Positions 1-44,217 of a stretch of 64,000 nucleotides of DNA are shown piece after piece; position 1 is the stretch's first letter, and each line of letters opens with the position of its first letter. Source of the stretch: Bugula neritina. Its lineage: Eukaryota; Animalia; Bryozoa. The stretch lies in NCBI GenBank assembly GCA_964035545.1, contig OZ037771.1:7743408-7807407 (forward strand). Direction: 5' to 3'. A program made the translations under genes and the position numbers. Under the pieces are notes generated by a model. The model searched no databases and was not told where the DNA came from. It saw nothing but the letters and a program-made list of their open reading frames with translations.

Positions 1-690
1 AAAACTTTCAAGAGTCATGCATGGTTAGAATACAAGTGAACTTCTAACAGATGCGTTTAAGAGTTTTACAGAAGTTGACAAAGCTGTTATGTGCAGGAAA
101 TGACCTGTTTTTGTGGGGAAAATGCAACATGTTTTTATTGAAGACCAACAATTGTTTGTTAAAATAGATAAATGATAACGTCTGCTAAACAATTAGATAT
201 GAAGAAAAATTCCCCAGTTATATTTTGACAAAACTTAAGGCTGCTAATTCATTACAAACACAATTGGTTTATATTTTTGTGTGTGAGCCATTTATGCATA
301 TAAGCAATAACTTTGGGGCAATGCATGCATCTAATATTCTTAGGGCCATTTTATTATATATTTATTATACTGAACGCATGCTTTTAATATACCATACTGT
401 ATACTGTATAGTACAATATAATTACACTTACAAATTTACATGCTGCATTTACAATTAAGAGCAGGTTTTGGCATGCCTCTTTGTGGTGTTCATTTTTATT
501 TCATTATGTGCGGTCTACAATCTGTTTTATTTAAATTATATAAAAATAAAAAACTTTAAACATGGAAAATCTAAAAGCATATGTCAAATTAATCAATTGG
601 AATTAAGTCTAAGGAAGCAAAGTCTAAATGTTTTAGTGTTTATTTACATTAGCTAAACTGCTTTTATAGTTGTCATAGTACTTGAAACTC

Positions 691-31640
<30,950 letters not shown>

Positions 31641-32709
31641 TTTACAACTCAAGTCTTACAATAGTAGCTGTTGTGTAGATGTGCCACCTAATAAATTGAA
31701 GTTATATAAACATTGTGTCTAATTAATTGTTATTCTGTGCGTAAAGCAATTTACAATAGAATTTTACTATTTATTTTAGAACTATATTATTGTTACTCAT
31801 GATGCGTAAGACTGTTATTATCTTTGGATTGTTTGACTCTCAGTGCGCTGTTTTATCATTGTTATACTATACTGGTTGTATCTGAATATTTTTTCTACGT
31901 GTTATCTCCTATCATCAACATAGTTCCATAAGGTTGAAATAAACTCTTCTAAAGATGTCAGCTGATCCTAGTAAAGCTGTCTGTTGAGTTAACGTTTACT
32001 TTGTTTCAACTTCTTGAATGACTACCATATAATCTCCAGTCTTGTATCCTGTATGTAACCCCACAAGCTCCAACTACTAGGGAGTAACTCTTGTTGAAGT
32101 TTTCTCCAAGACATGTGAGTTCTAATGATGGATTCTGCTATTTTGTCTTCCCTTCTCTGACTATTTCTTTCTCACCAATTATGTACAAATATAATTTCGC
32201 AATTTCAAAGAAATTTTAAGCTTTGGCAGCTGTTTTATATATTAGAGTTTTATTTCTAAATAGGAAATTTTAAATACTTATACAAGAATTTAGAGCATTA
32301 AAATTAATATCTTTAAAATTTCAGCTTTAGTAACTTATCTCCTACATGGAGCGTTTCATCCAACCTAAATACTGAAGCAACCTGATGTTAAGCATAGCTT
32401 TAGAAATTTTTAATGACTTTGTATTATAAGTGAAATATAAAAATAACAGAAATTTTCGAGAAGGAGGAAATTATTATTTGTTGAGCAGCATTTAAAACAG
32501 TGCAAACAAAGTCTACTTTTTGGCAATGAAAAGCATTCAATAAAGGCTGCTAATTCAGGAAGTCATAGAATGCTATAAAAAGGCACTAAAAATAAAATTT
32601 CGTTTTAAAACAACAACATTGAAGCTGGTAAAAAAGCTGATTGAAATTACATCAAAAGCAAGAAGTAAAAATATATGCAGCACACATCAGAGGGTTATGC
32701 AGGGAAAGG

Positions 32710-35700
32710 TCATGTGCTGCCGTATGATGTTTTACAGGATTTCTTCAAGCTGATGTCATCAAGAATGCCCTTGACCTGTTGCTTGCTGTACCTGTTCCAG
32801 TCGAAGGAAACCTGCAAGTTTCTCTGCATTGACCTCTCAGTAGGATATGGAGAGATCGTGTTTCTCAGATGCTCTAGATTAGCTGAGTTGCAGTGATCCA
32901 TGAAAAACTGCATCAAACACAACCAACTTTATTTACAAACCTCTTATTCACTTGATAAACAAAGCACAGATGTGATAGGAGCCAAACTCTATTACCATTT
33001 GATAGGAACCACATTATTACACACCAGTTACCTTTTTTCGGATCATTAAGACTTCAGCGCCACGGCTAACCAGACACACAGACGTATCTGAAACCTTGTA
33101 GTTTACGTCAAACTTCAGGGTTTCTAGTCCCTACAAATATTTGTCTACTTTAGCTGCCTTTAGTACAGCATAATTAGCAACTAATCGATGTTTGATATAT
33201 TTATATTACTGTATAAAAAGTATTTAAACAACGTATATTTATTCATTATATTTTAAAAATAAAACAACAGCATATTTTACATTTCATAACATTTTCACTT
33301 AATATATAGTATTAAAAGAACATTTTGTTTGCTATGTATGCAATTATATTTTCAATAAGTTATGATAACTAAGTTGTTATCCTACTTAACAGCATAAAAC
33401 TACAAGAAAATGTTGCAGAATATAAAATATTAAAGAAAAATGGCAATCCATATTTCTTTCAGACATGGTAAGATGCATATTAATAACTTCAGGGTGTTGC
33501 AATTACCATAAAAATCTATATGCACTTTACCTTTGTGCAAACAGTTAACTTGTCCAGTTTTTTACTACATCACCAATTGGCAAGGTGTTTAATTATTGCT
33601 TTGCCATCTTTAGTACATAGTCAACAGTTTCATAAAACACGTCATGACCCAAAATGGTATAACTTGGGGTTGAAAACATTCAGAAATGTGATTTTAATGT
33701 TATTGGAAAGAATTCAATGTTTGACCCAGCCTTTTTTGTCAATCAGATTAAGTATTTAGAGTAGTAAAATATCTTCAAAGATTGCCTGTAAGCCCTGTAT
33801 ACACCAACATGTGCTTATACATTTAAGTACCAACTTGTACTTATACAGTTAAGTACCAACTTACAAAAACGTCCTTTGAGATGAGAAGACCAAGTCTCAC
33901 AAACACTGTATCTGCAGAAGGATTCTGACGGTTCGCCACCATTTGTTCACTTCCTTCATGACTCATGAACACTTGAGTCGTCTGCTCTTTCTGGTACTCA
34001 GTGTCTACTACTAATAAGGGTGGAGCATGATATTCCTGCTAAATAATTAAATCCAGCCAGTAAATCTATTGAATACAGCGAAAACATCAAACATTGACAC
34101 CTGTTGGTACTTTAAGTAGAAATTGATTACTGAACACAAATAACTTATATTTTTAAACACTTATAATAATTAAATGCTATTTTGGAATAAGAGAATAAAG
34201 TAGTTAATATATAGGCTACATATAAAGTATTGCAGAAGCTGAAACCGTCATTTCAGTGCATCTTACTATGATATGAATTATATGTTGTGCCACATTATAG
34301 TACGTTTTTGTAAGATATTACGCATCTTTTATTATGTTATATCACTATTATAATATATTAGGTTATCATATTATAATTATATTTTATTGCAATATATTAT
34401 TTCATTAGATAGTTTTATATTATGTAGTATTATATTAAATTTACATTATATTGCATCATTTTATAATGTAATATATTGCTTTATATTACATAGCATTATT
34501 TTATATTATTATATTGACTTTGATTAAACTCGGCAAGCAAAAAGTTTCAACATTGTAAAGTTGCCTCAGTGAGTAAGCTTTTACTCACTTGGTCCTGAGA
34601 CAGCTGGCTGTTCAGTTCTTTAGCCTCCCGCAGCTCCTATATGAATAGCAAATGTAAAGCAATAGTGATATATTTCGCAGCAGTGGCCATATGATATAAT
34701 ATATTTATACATAGCATAGCAATACATACATCTACATATTACTAGTACTGCATGCAAACTGATGAAAACTTCTATCATTGCAACATATTTTTGTGTAACT
34801 ATACCACTTTCCCTAAATATTGTTCAACAAGGCACTATAGTTTCTTTGTTTTTCAAAAATAGGCTATCGCTTTTATGCTGTCAACTTCACTAATTCACGA
34901 CGTCAAATAGCGATTAGGCGAGTCAGATTTCAATTTTAGAAAGTGTGCTCCCGCAAAACTTGGTTAAATAATTTTTTTTAATTTAGTCACTCAGTGCAGC
35001 ATAATTAGCAACTAATCAGTGTTTGATTCATTAAAACTGAAAATTTTATCCAACCATAAGTAATATTTTGCTTTATCAGCAGGAAACCATTTTTCCAATT
35101 GTAAACAAATGTGCTACACTCAAAAAAGCCATTTTTAAATAAATGCCTAAAGTACTAGATTTTTACTTTGAAATACTTGTTTGATGCATTCACAGCTTTT
35201 GCTTTCCACATTTTAGCAACTAAGGTAATCCTAGTATTTGGCAGCTCCATGTTTTGTGAGTTGTCTCCACTCTTTGGCAATTCTGCGTGGTGTAAGTTAT
35301 CTTCTCTCTTTAGCAGTTCTGTGTTGTGTAAGTTGGCTCCACTATTTAAAGGCACCGTATTGCCATCAACATTCTCCTTTATATCCAACAAAGCACTTGA
35401 TTTAGTAGACTTCTTCAATGACTTGGAAGAAGTGTCGGTGACTCTATTTTTAGTATCTTCTATGTATGTGGTTTTCCTCTTCTGTAAAGATCTGTGAATA
35501 TAAAGCAAATTTAATATAATCACATTACAATACATCATAAAGCATAGGGTATTGTAATACATCATATATTATAATACATTATAAACTAGAATGTATTATA
35601 ATATTACATATTATGATAATATTATATAATATTGTCATAATATAATAACCAGTAAAAGCTGCTGGAAGAGCATCAAGTCATAATTCCTCCTGTGCCACAT

Positions 35701-38700
35701 AAGAATAAGTCCTTAACCCACTTTAACAAAAGCCCTTTTCATAAGGGGTTTCTTGCAGGGATGGTGACTATAAACTTGCATGGGTAATTTTTATTAATAA
35801 AAGGTCTGGCTGGTGGTGAGCTTTATTTAGAGCAAACTGATAGAAAACTTCAGTTCTCCAGGCCTATGTTTAGACTGAAAGGTGTGCAGAACTAGTTGCT
35901 GCAGGGCTGACTCACTGTTGGCTGCTACTGCTGCCGTTGTCAGCAAGAAGAAGAAAGGAAACTTGTGGGTCTTGGTATAAGGATTGAGAAGCTTAAAACA
36001 AGCCGTGACACAACTGCTGTACACAGATTGAGGTATATACGTGCGTATACATGTATATACATGTATATACATATAACACATACACGCGCACACACACGCC
36101 TAAACGTTTACACATTTACTTGCACACTACTACACATAATATGCCTTTACAGCTATACCTAATGTCTCTATGACTCTAATGATTCTAGTGATTTTCAGCT
36201 GCAAATACTGTTGCTTTTGCCTAAAAGCACTGAAGAACAATAAGGAATGCACTAGTAACTCATAATTTTTCTTCCGTGGGGGAGATATTTTTCAAGTTTC
36301 TTGTTCGAGGGTTATTTTCAGCTAATTGGTGGTGCATCGCAGACAATAAAAGCAAAACTTGATGCTAAAATGTTCAGCCCTATTACACTGCCGACAATAA
36401 GTTAAAAAATTTACGAAAATTAAAGTGCTGTAAATTCAAATTAAAACAAAACTTTACTACAATCTATTTGTGTGACATTGTAGTTTCTGTATTTTGAAGT
36501 AGAAACATATTTTAGCTCTCTTGCCTTTTATGAAGCTGCTTTTCAGACACACTTGAAAGATCTTCGCGTCCAGTTTGCTCTCCTGTCTCCTCTCCAGCCA
36601 GCCTACTCTCAGTACATTCACCAGTTTTAGTGTCTTGCTGTATCGTTGTTAGTTTGTGTTTTACCATAAGCTTCTGAACAATGAGAGGAAGTGCAGGTTT
36701 GCTAGAAAGCTGTTCATTAGCCATTCTCTTCTGTAAATCTTGCAGGTCTTTATGGAGAATGGCGGGTACATCCATCATTAGACTTGGCTAAATGCACAGG
36801 TGAACAAAAAATTGCTGTCAGCAGTTTGTAATTATATCTAAATGGAAATTTCTTAGAAAAGCCTTTTCAACAACTGACAGCCTGGAAATAATGCATGGAT
36901 TTAGTTCTAGTTAATAACTTTTAATAATTAGTAAAATCACCAGCTGATTTATTCTAATAGCCGCTAAAAGTTTCAACTCTAAATTACATATTTAATGCGA
37001 AGATAATTATGTGTATTAGACAGTAGATTTCATGATATTAAAAGGGAAAGTGTCATACGACATAGAAGTATGTGAAATTAAATTGTGATACCTTTTGACA
37101 TATTCATTTTTTCAAAGTAGAGTGTATGTTTGCTGAGTAAAGAGAAAATGTGTTAGTTGGAATATAAGGGAGTCTTCAACTTCAACTAGTTTTCAACTTC
37201 AATTATTAGTACAAGAAGTTGTAAGTAACAAAAAGCTTTTAATGGCTTGCAAAAATGTCCCACAATTTTAGCAAAATATCAGATTTAATGGGAAAAAACA
37301 TTTAAGGCTACACTATATGAACACATCAATGAACTAGCTTTGACATATTTCTTATCTCTAAAATCAGTTACTTTTTGTACAACTCTGAAAAACTTCGAAA
37401 GTGAAAAATATCATCTCTCAGAACTGAGTATTTTCCATAATAGTCTTACCAAAGTTTAGCCTAAGTGTGATATTGGTTCATATAGAAAGTAAATTTATCA
37501 AAATTTAAGTTTAGAATAAGTTGGTTGAAATATCCTGCAAACAAGAAAGGTGTGAAAAGTTAGTTAAAAGTATATCATAAATTTCACAAAAATGCGTCCA
37601 ACCAAACATCATATTCAAAAGAGTACAAATGATTACTTCAAATCTATATTGGAAATCATGTCATTAAAAAAGACTGAGATCTTCAGGTTTTAGTGTAAGA
37701 CTCAATGATACTAAAGAGCCAATTTTGAAAACATGCAGCTGTTTCTTAGTGTGCTGTTACCCTGGCTAGCAGGTGGCGGAAAATTTATGCACTTACATTT
37801 CTTTTTTTCTGTATGAGAAAGTCTTTTCTTGATTTGTCGACATCTGCATCTAAATTTGAGCTCAACTCTGGTAAGGATCGAAACTGGAATTGCTTTTCTA
37901 AATACATTAGAGAAGCATGCGGTAGTTGTCCGCTCTTGGTAGTCAATATTTTGAAACATGAATCACCATAGAACAAACTTGTAAATAGCCAAAACCTTAC
38001 TTGGTTTAAAAGTTTCATCATTTTCTTTGACCTGAGCCCTAAGTCTTTTCCTATTGGCATATGTTGAAATGTCTGGTATGTCTTTAATTACTTCACAACT
38101 TCCCTGAGCAAAGGAACCAAGTTGAAATTAATATACAACTACTTAACTATCGAAATATATAATCACTCAACTATTGAAATATATTATTACTTGACTATTG
38201 AAATATATAATCACCTAATTAATGATACTCAAATATTTTAGTGAGTTGTAATTATACTATAATAATACAAGGTGTTTGTAGATTTCTTATGTTGTTTTCT
38301 TTCTCCAATAATAAGTTGTGAATAAGTACTTAAAAACATACCAGACATTTCAACATAAGGCTATTTATGTGGTGGGTTGACAATCAACACATTAGTACTA
38401 CTATTACTCACAATGCCTGTTACTCACAATGCCTGCTGTGGAATAACTAAGACTATAATACTAACAGATTTAACAACATAGAGAAAGTCAGAGTTATTGC
38501 TGTCAGCCACTATAACCTTTCCTCTTCTAAAATAGTGAAATATGCAGTCACTTCGGGATTCATTCAGCTTCTCTACAGGCCAATGTTTCAGTGAGTTTAC
38601 AGACCTATAAGTAATGACCAGGAAACTAATGAACAGGAAGTGGTGCTGTAGAATTGTGGGTCTGCTGCAAGCAGATAATCTTCGATGTAGTAGTAATACA

Positions 38701-41700
38701 AAGAGCAATATTAAAATAAAAGTGGTTGTTCTAAATCAGTGATGAATTTTGTGATAAGAAATTGGTAGCATATGATATCGTATAGCTGATGCAATATTTT
38801 AAAACTTCAATAAAAAACATTTTTTGGTTAGCAAAAGAATTTTGAGATTAGTTTGCTGAAATAAGTAGAGATAGGATTTATTAAAACACAAGAGATTTAT
38901 GACATTTGCTGTTTGCTGTGGTAATAATTCTTATATTAATTGAAGAGCAAAACGCTCTGCTGTGAATGTTCACCTTTACCACCATGCCCTATTTACTCTT
39001 ATAAAGTATTTTTTATTCCTAAAACTCATGAAATGATTTAATTGAAAAAAATGATAACTTCATACACAGAATACTGTGCATGAAACATAGTAACTATAAT
39101 TTAATTATACTAATTAACAAAAATTTACAGGGTAGTACCATATGTTCCGTCATTTATCTCATGAAACATGCTTCAAATATATCCATAATATACTTTATTA
39201 GCAAGAATAAACAACAGACTGTGCAACTATAGAAAATGAATCATTTTTGCAAACAATTTTAAGGAATAAACTTATCTGCGTATTAAGAATTCAAGCATTT
39301 TACAATTTCAAGCAACTAAAAGGCTTAAAGAGTCATTGATATGGCTTTAGAATAAGCTTTGATGGTTACATAATATGATTAGACCAAGAAGTAGCAAGTT
39401 GACCTACTTAAGAAAGTTCAAGTGTTCCTGTAGAATACTTCTCTGAAGAAATATCTTCTTATAATCTTCTCTACCCACGACTAGCAGACACATCTCAGTC
39501 ACAGACTCCACTGTAGCTGTTCTCTCCACGTTATGTAACAGTGCAATATCCTGGGAACAACCTTACACGTTATTATATAACATGTGCGGTCGTGGGGGTG
39601 TGCCAGTGGTGTTTAGGTGTTTAGAGCAAGGGAAGGGTATTTGACTGAATAACTTAATGAAGCAGTAAAAGATATTGAAATAAAAGCATGCTTAAAGTTT
39701 ATCTCCCATTACACCTTGCTATTTTATGTGTGATTTTATCAATACGAATCTTAGCAATTTTGAAATATATTTATATGGGTTTTCCCATCTCTATCTGCAG
39801 GATTTTTTGTTTGAAATGTAGACTTATCTACCCAAATCGTTTATGTGTTAGTCACATGACTAAACACTCTCTGCTGCTTTGTCCTCGTGCACTTTGCTAA
39901 TTTTGGTAATTTGACCGACATCAAATTAAATATTAGTAATCCTACAAGAGTTAATATATTATATGCGCAGATGGTTTGTAAGATTATAGACTGGTTAACT
40001 CCTTTTGTAATTAGTGTAAGCTACTTAACCCCAAACGAAAATCCAGGATGCACCCGTGCGACCACTAGTTGCTTATTCATAATGGTGTCATCAGTTCGGC
40101 GTCTCAGCACTTTCACTACGCCACTTCCACTGATGACAAAGTAAAAGTTGAGGCCTTTTTGACCTTGTCGAATGATAACTTTTCTTGGAGGAACTCTATC
40201 AAAATACAACATGGCAGCTTTTACAGGCAGCACAGTTCAACAGATATCTGACTTATTTGAGAGAATCAAGGAGTGGCTATAACAGCTAAGTCGAGTAGGC
40301 TATTGCTGCTCTAATACAAGGCAATGAAACAGTTGGTATAACTAAAATTGGTGTCCAGTAAAAATGGCACAGGTAAACATGGCCCAGTTAATAATGTCAC
40401 AAATTGAAAAGTAAGTAAAAATGGCACATGTTCAATGTTGGTATTTGTAGGTTGGAGACTTGGGTGTTTTGGATTTGGGGGTTTGGGGTTTGGGCAAATT
40501 CTACACCAATGTGCCATTCTACCTACTCTTTTATCTGTGCTCTTATTACCTCTGTGATCGCATTGCCTGTGCCATTTTACTGTGTCATTTTACCTAAATC
40601 CAATAAAAACTATGTACGTACACACAATTACTATAATACACAAGCCTGGTATAGTAATCAAATGGATACTAAAAAGTTTACACAAAAGTGTCTATTGCAT
40701 AGGTTGGTAAGTAAATGCAACCTTTGAAACCAGGAGACCTGACAGAGAAGTTGCTGAACATGAGCAGGAAACTCCGAAAAGGATTTAACAGACTGAAGAG
40801 AGTTGAGAACTAGACTCAGTTCTTCTGCTGTGCGCGTGTGGGATGGAGTGGTTAGTATGTACTCTATTTCTTTGTTTAGGAAACTCTGCAAGGTACACAT
40901 ATATTTTTGTACAGACTTAAATTAGATCTTTATAAATAAAATATATTTGTTTTCAAAGTCTTCATCTGTGTGACAATTCTTGCTGGAAGGATGGGCTGAA
41001 GACTTGTCTTTATCATTTTTTACATTAATCAGTGTAATATTGAAAAACTTATTGATGATTGAACACTCTTCGCCTAACTTTCTCCAAAACAAAACTGCTG
41101 ATCACCTAGCAGTGTATCAATTACTACGCTTTTGCAGCAGTTGTTGTCACCTACTAGATAAATTAATTAGTAACAAAAGCTAAATTTTGAGTTCAAAAAT
41201 GACCCGAAGGATAAAATAGCTTGTTTACCCATACACTAGATGTCATGAAGTAAGTTTATATAATTAGATAACGCACCTGGTTCCTTGCCTTGTAGTGGTG
41301 TTTATTGAAGACCGTGCCAGCTAGTTCTAGTTGTTTCAGAGAAAGTGTATGCTCTGCACCCTTTGACTTGTCAAATATCTGAATGAGTTGGTGTTCTAAG
41401 AAATTCTCTCTTCTGATATGACTGTAAGTCAACCAGTAATATGCATATGAATAGAGCTTACAGTTGAGCAACAACCAATCAATATTATAATAACATTTTA
41501 TTCAAAGAGTATAGGAGCCAAAGTAACATAATAATATATGTTATGTAGAAAGTGTAAGATGGTAAAATTTGTGTAAATGTCCCAACTTACTAAAATACTT
41601 GAGAAAGCCAATGTAAACATATGATAGCTCTTCTCACTACCTTCTTGAAAAGTTCTTTAATCTACAAGTATGGCTAATAAATTATTACCTGCAGTCATTG

Positions 41701-42003
41701 CAGTGGCCCATAGGCTATGTTATATTAGTCTGTCTGTTTATTTTATATGCATTGTATTATAATTACAAACAATAAAGTATCAAGACATATGGTTACATTA
41801 TACTGAAATATATCGCAATTATAAACATATAACCATGCACTGCATATAACTAGTAAGAAGCTCACATAGGTTTATAGTTACTATCTCTGTGAGAACCCCT
41901 GATAGGAAGGGCTGTTTATAAATCAGGCGAAGGATTTGTTTCTATTGTAGCAAAGGAGCAATTATGACATTATCAATGGCCTTTAATGGGGACACACACA
42001 CTG

Positions 42004-42098
<95 letters not shown>

Positions 42099-44217
42099 GC
42101 ACACACACGCACACACACGCGCACGCACTCACACACGCACACACACACGCACACATCTGCGCACGCACGCACGCACGCACACAAAGTGTATATTATCAAC
42201 CCACACGAGTACCTGAAGAGAGTTTTGAAAACGACTCGAACCAGCACTGTATTCCTGTTGTTGCAGATCTGATGAGGCAGGCAGACGTCTATGACTTATT
42301 TTCCTGGTAATACTTGACTTGTGTTTATGCAATCTCGTAAGTTGTAAAGGAAAAAGAGATTCCTGACCAGCCACTGAAATAATCACCAATTTAAATTACA
42401 TTTATACACACACATGGAGACTGTGGCCAGGCTAATCATAAAATGTCTGCAGTATAAAATATACACATATATAATTCCAGGTGTGTGTTTAGTAAAACTA
42501 AGGCCAGCAAATTTTAGAAATATCAAGTAAATTCGTGAATATTCAAACGGTTTTGGTGAAAGCCACTTGAATGTTACTTTATTCATCTAAATTCATAGTC
42601 AAAGGCAATGTAAGTTCCTCCAAGGAAGAAGTTCATCCAATACCGTCAGTTTGATTACAGCTATGCTACACTATACCGCAATTGGATGGTTGCTTTAATA
42701 CAACTTGCTAAAAGCACAACCTCAGTTAGCTCTGAAGTTAGATTGAACTAAGTTGGTAATCTGTACAATGGCAATGCAAACCAAATTGGTATACAAGACA
42801 TCTTCGAAGTAAGATTCTAACTAAACTACCTTTTAAAATGGCATCATCATTTTTAACTTGTTGGTTTGGCTAAAGATAAAGGCGTTATATGCAAATTATG
42901 TTACTACTAAAACATCTAATAATAGACCATGTTGTGCTAGGCCAAGCAAATAATATTTTCTAATCATTAAATAATTTATAACTTTTTTTCAAAGTTCTAC
43001 TTCGAAGTTAATGCTCCTAAAAGTTAGAGAGACAAATAATATTCTAGTAACAGGGGACGCATATAATATTCTAGTAACAGGGACATATAATATTCTAGTA
43101 ACAGGGGACATATAATATTCTAGTAACAGGGGACATATAATATTCTAGTAACAGGGGACATATAATATTATAGTAACAGGGGACATATAATATTCTAGTA
43201 ACAGGGGACATATAATATTCTAGTAACAGGGAACATATAATATTATAGTAACAAGGGACATATAATATTCTAGTAACAAGGGACATATAATATTATAGTA
43301 ACAAGGGACATATAATATTCTAGTAACAAGGGACATATAATATTCTAGTAACAGGGACATATAATATTCTAGTAACAGGGGACATATAATATTCTAGTAA
43401 CAGGGGACATATAATATTCTAGTAACAGGGGACATATAATATTATAGTAACAGGGGACATATAATATTCTAGTAACAGGGGACATATAATATTCTAGTAA
43501 CAGGGGACATATAATATTCTAGTAACAGGGAACATATAATATTATAGTAACAAGGGACATATAATATTCTAGTAACAAGGGACATATAATATTATAGTAA
43601 CAAGGGACATATAATATTCTAGTAACAAGGGACATATAATATTCTAGTAACAAGGGACATATAATATTCTAGTAACAGGGGGACATATAATATTATAGTA
43701 ACAGGGGACATATAATATTCTAGTAACAGGGGACATATAATATTCTAGTAACAAGGGACATATAATATGATAGTAACAAGGGACATATAATATGATAGTA
43801 ACAAGGGACATATAATATTCTAGTAACAGGGGACATATAATATTCCAGTAACAAGGGACATATAATATTCCAGTAAAAAGGAACAAATAATATTCCAGTA
43901 ACAAGGGACATATAATATTCTAGTAACAAGGGACATATAATATTCTAGTAACAAGGGACATATAATATTCTAATAACAAAGGACATATAATATTCTAGTA
44001 ACAAGGGACATATAATATTCTAGTAACAAGGGAACATATAGTATTCTAGTAACAAGGGACATATAATATTCTAGTAAGACATAATATGTTAGAGTAAAAC
44101 TCTCACCACTTCCATGGCTTGTCCTAGAATTTGCTCTCCCTTCACTCCGCTGACCATTAGTCAAAGATCTCAGAGAACTTCTATTTTCTGTGCTTGTAGC
44201 AGATTGACTTTTTTTAT
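32710..44217 (-). CDS. Cyclic nucleotide-binding domain-containing protein (CNBD2-like), multi-exon, 5' end unresolved
   Basis: CNB1: VIIRQGQKGLNFYFVISGSGVV…GFSFG|DIALLHNVERTATV. CNB2: FRRGKVIV…FLYVVKS|GSCEV … KDVF|GLE…VCLVSRGAEVLMIRKK|FF. C-terminal PYPTERSMQRNLQVSFDWNRY. About 15 exons with consistent phases; TGA at 32712-32710. Confidence 0.82.
35660..35785 (+). mobile_element. 5'-truncated SINE copy
   Basis: ggaagagcatcaagtcataattcctcctgtgccac…gtgactataaacttgcatg. Confidence 0.78.
40356..40597. mobile_element. Foldback-type element, copy 2 (core inverted)
   Basis: gtaaaaatggcacagg…gggtttggggtttggg…tgtgccattttac; same family as 15712. Confidence 0.72.
41860..41985 (-). mobile_element. 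Truncated SINE copy abutting a (CA)n microsatellite
   Basis: gtttatagttactatctctgtgagaacccctgataggaaggg…ggagcaattatgac is the reverse complement of the family 3' half. Confidence 0.75.
41992..42184. repeat. (CA)n/(CACG)n microsatellite
   Basis: Direct. Confidence 0.96.
43030..44085. repeat. 25-bp minisatellite, ~42 copies (GGACATATAATATTCTAGTAACA[G/A]G)
   Basis: Directly visible; explains ORFs at 43095, 43644, 43720. Confidence 0.97.

Noticed and set aside
225-656. Short plus-strand ORFs (likewise 2638, 11010, 12040, 35168, 46703)
   Set aside because: Low-complexity or antisense shadows of minus-strand exons/UTR; no evidence for plus-strand genes.
41942-42272. CV/HT-repeat ORFs
   Set aside because: Translation of a (CA)n microsatellite.
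43030-44085. CRISPR-like regular array
   Set aside because: Units are contiguous with no unique spacers, there are no cas genes, and the context is a eukaryotic intron.
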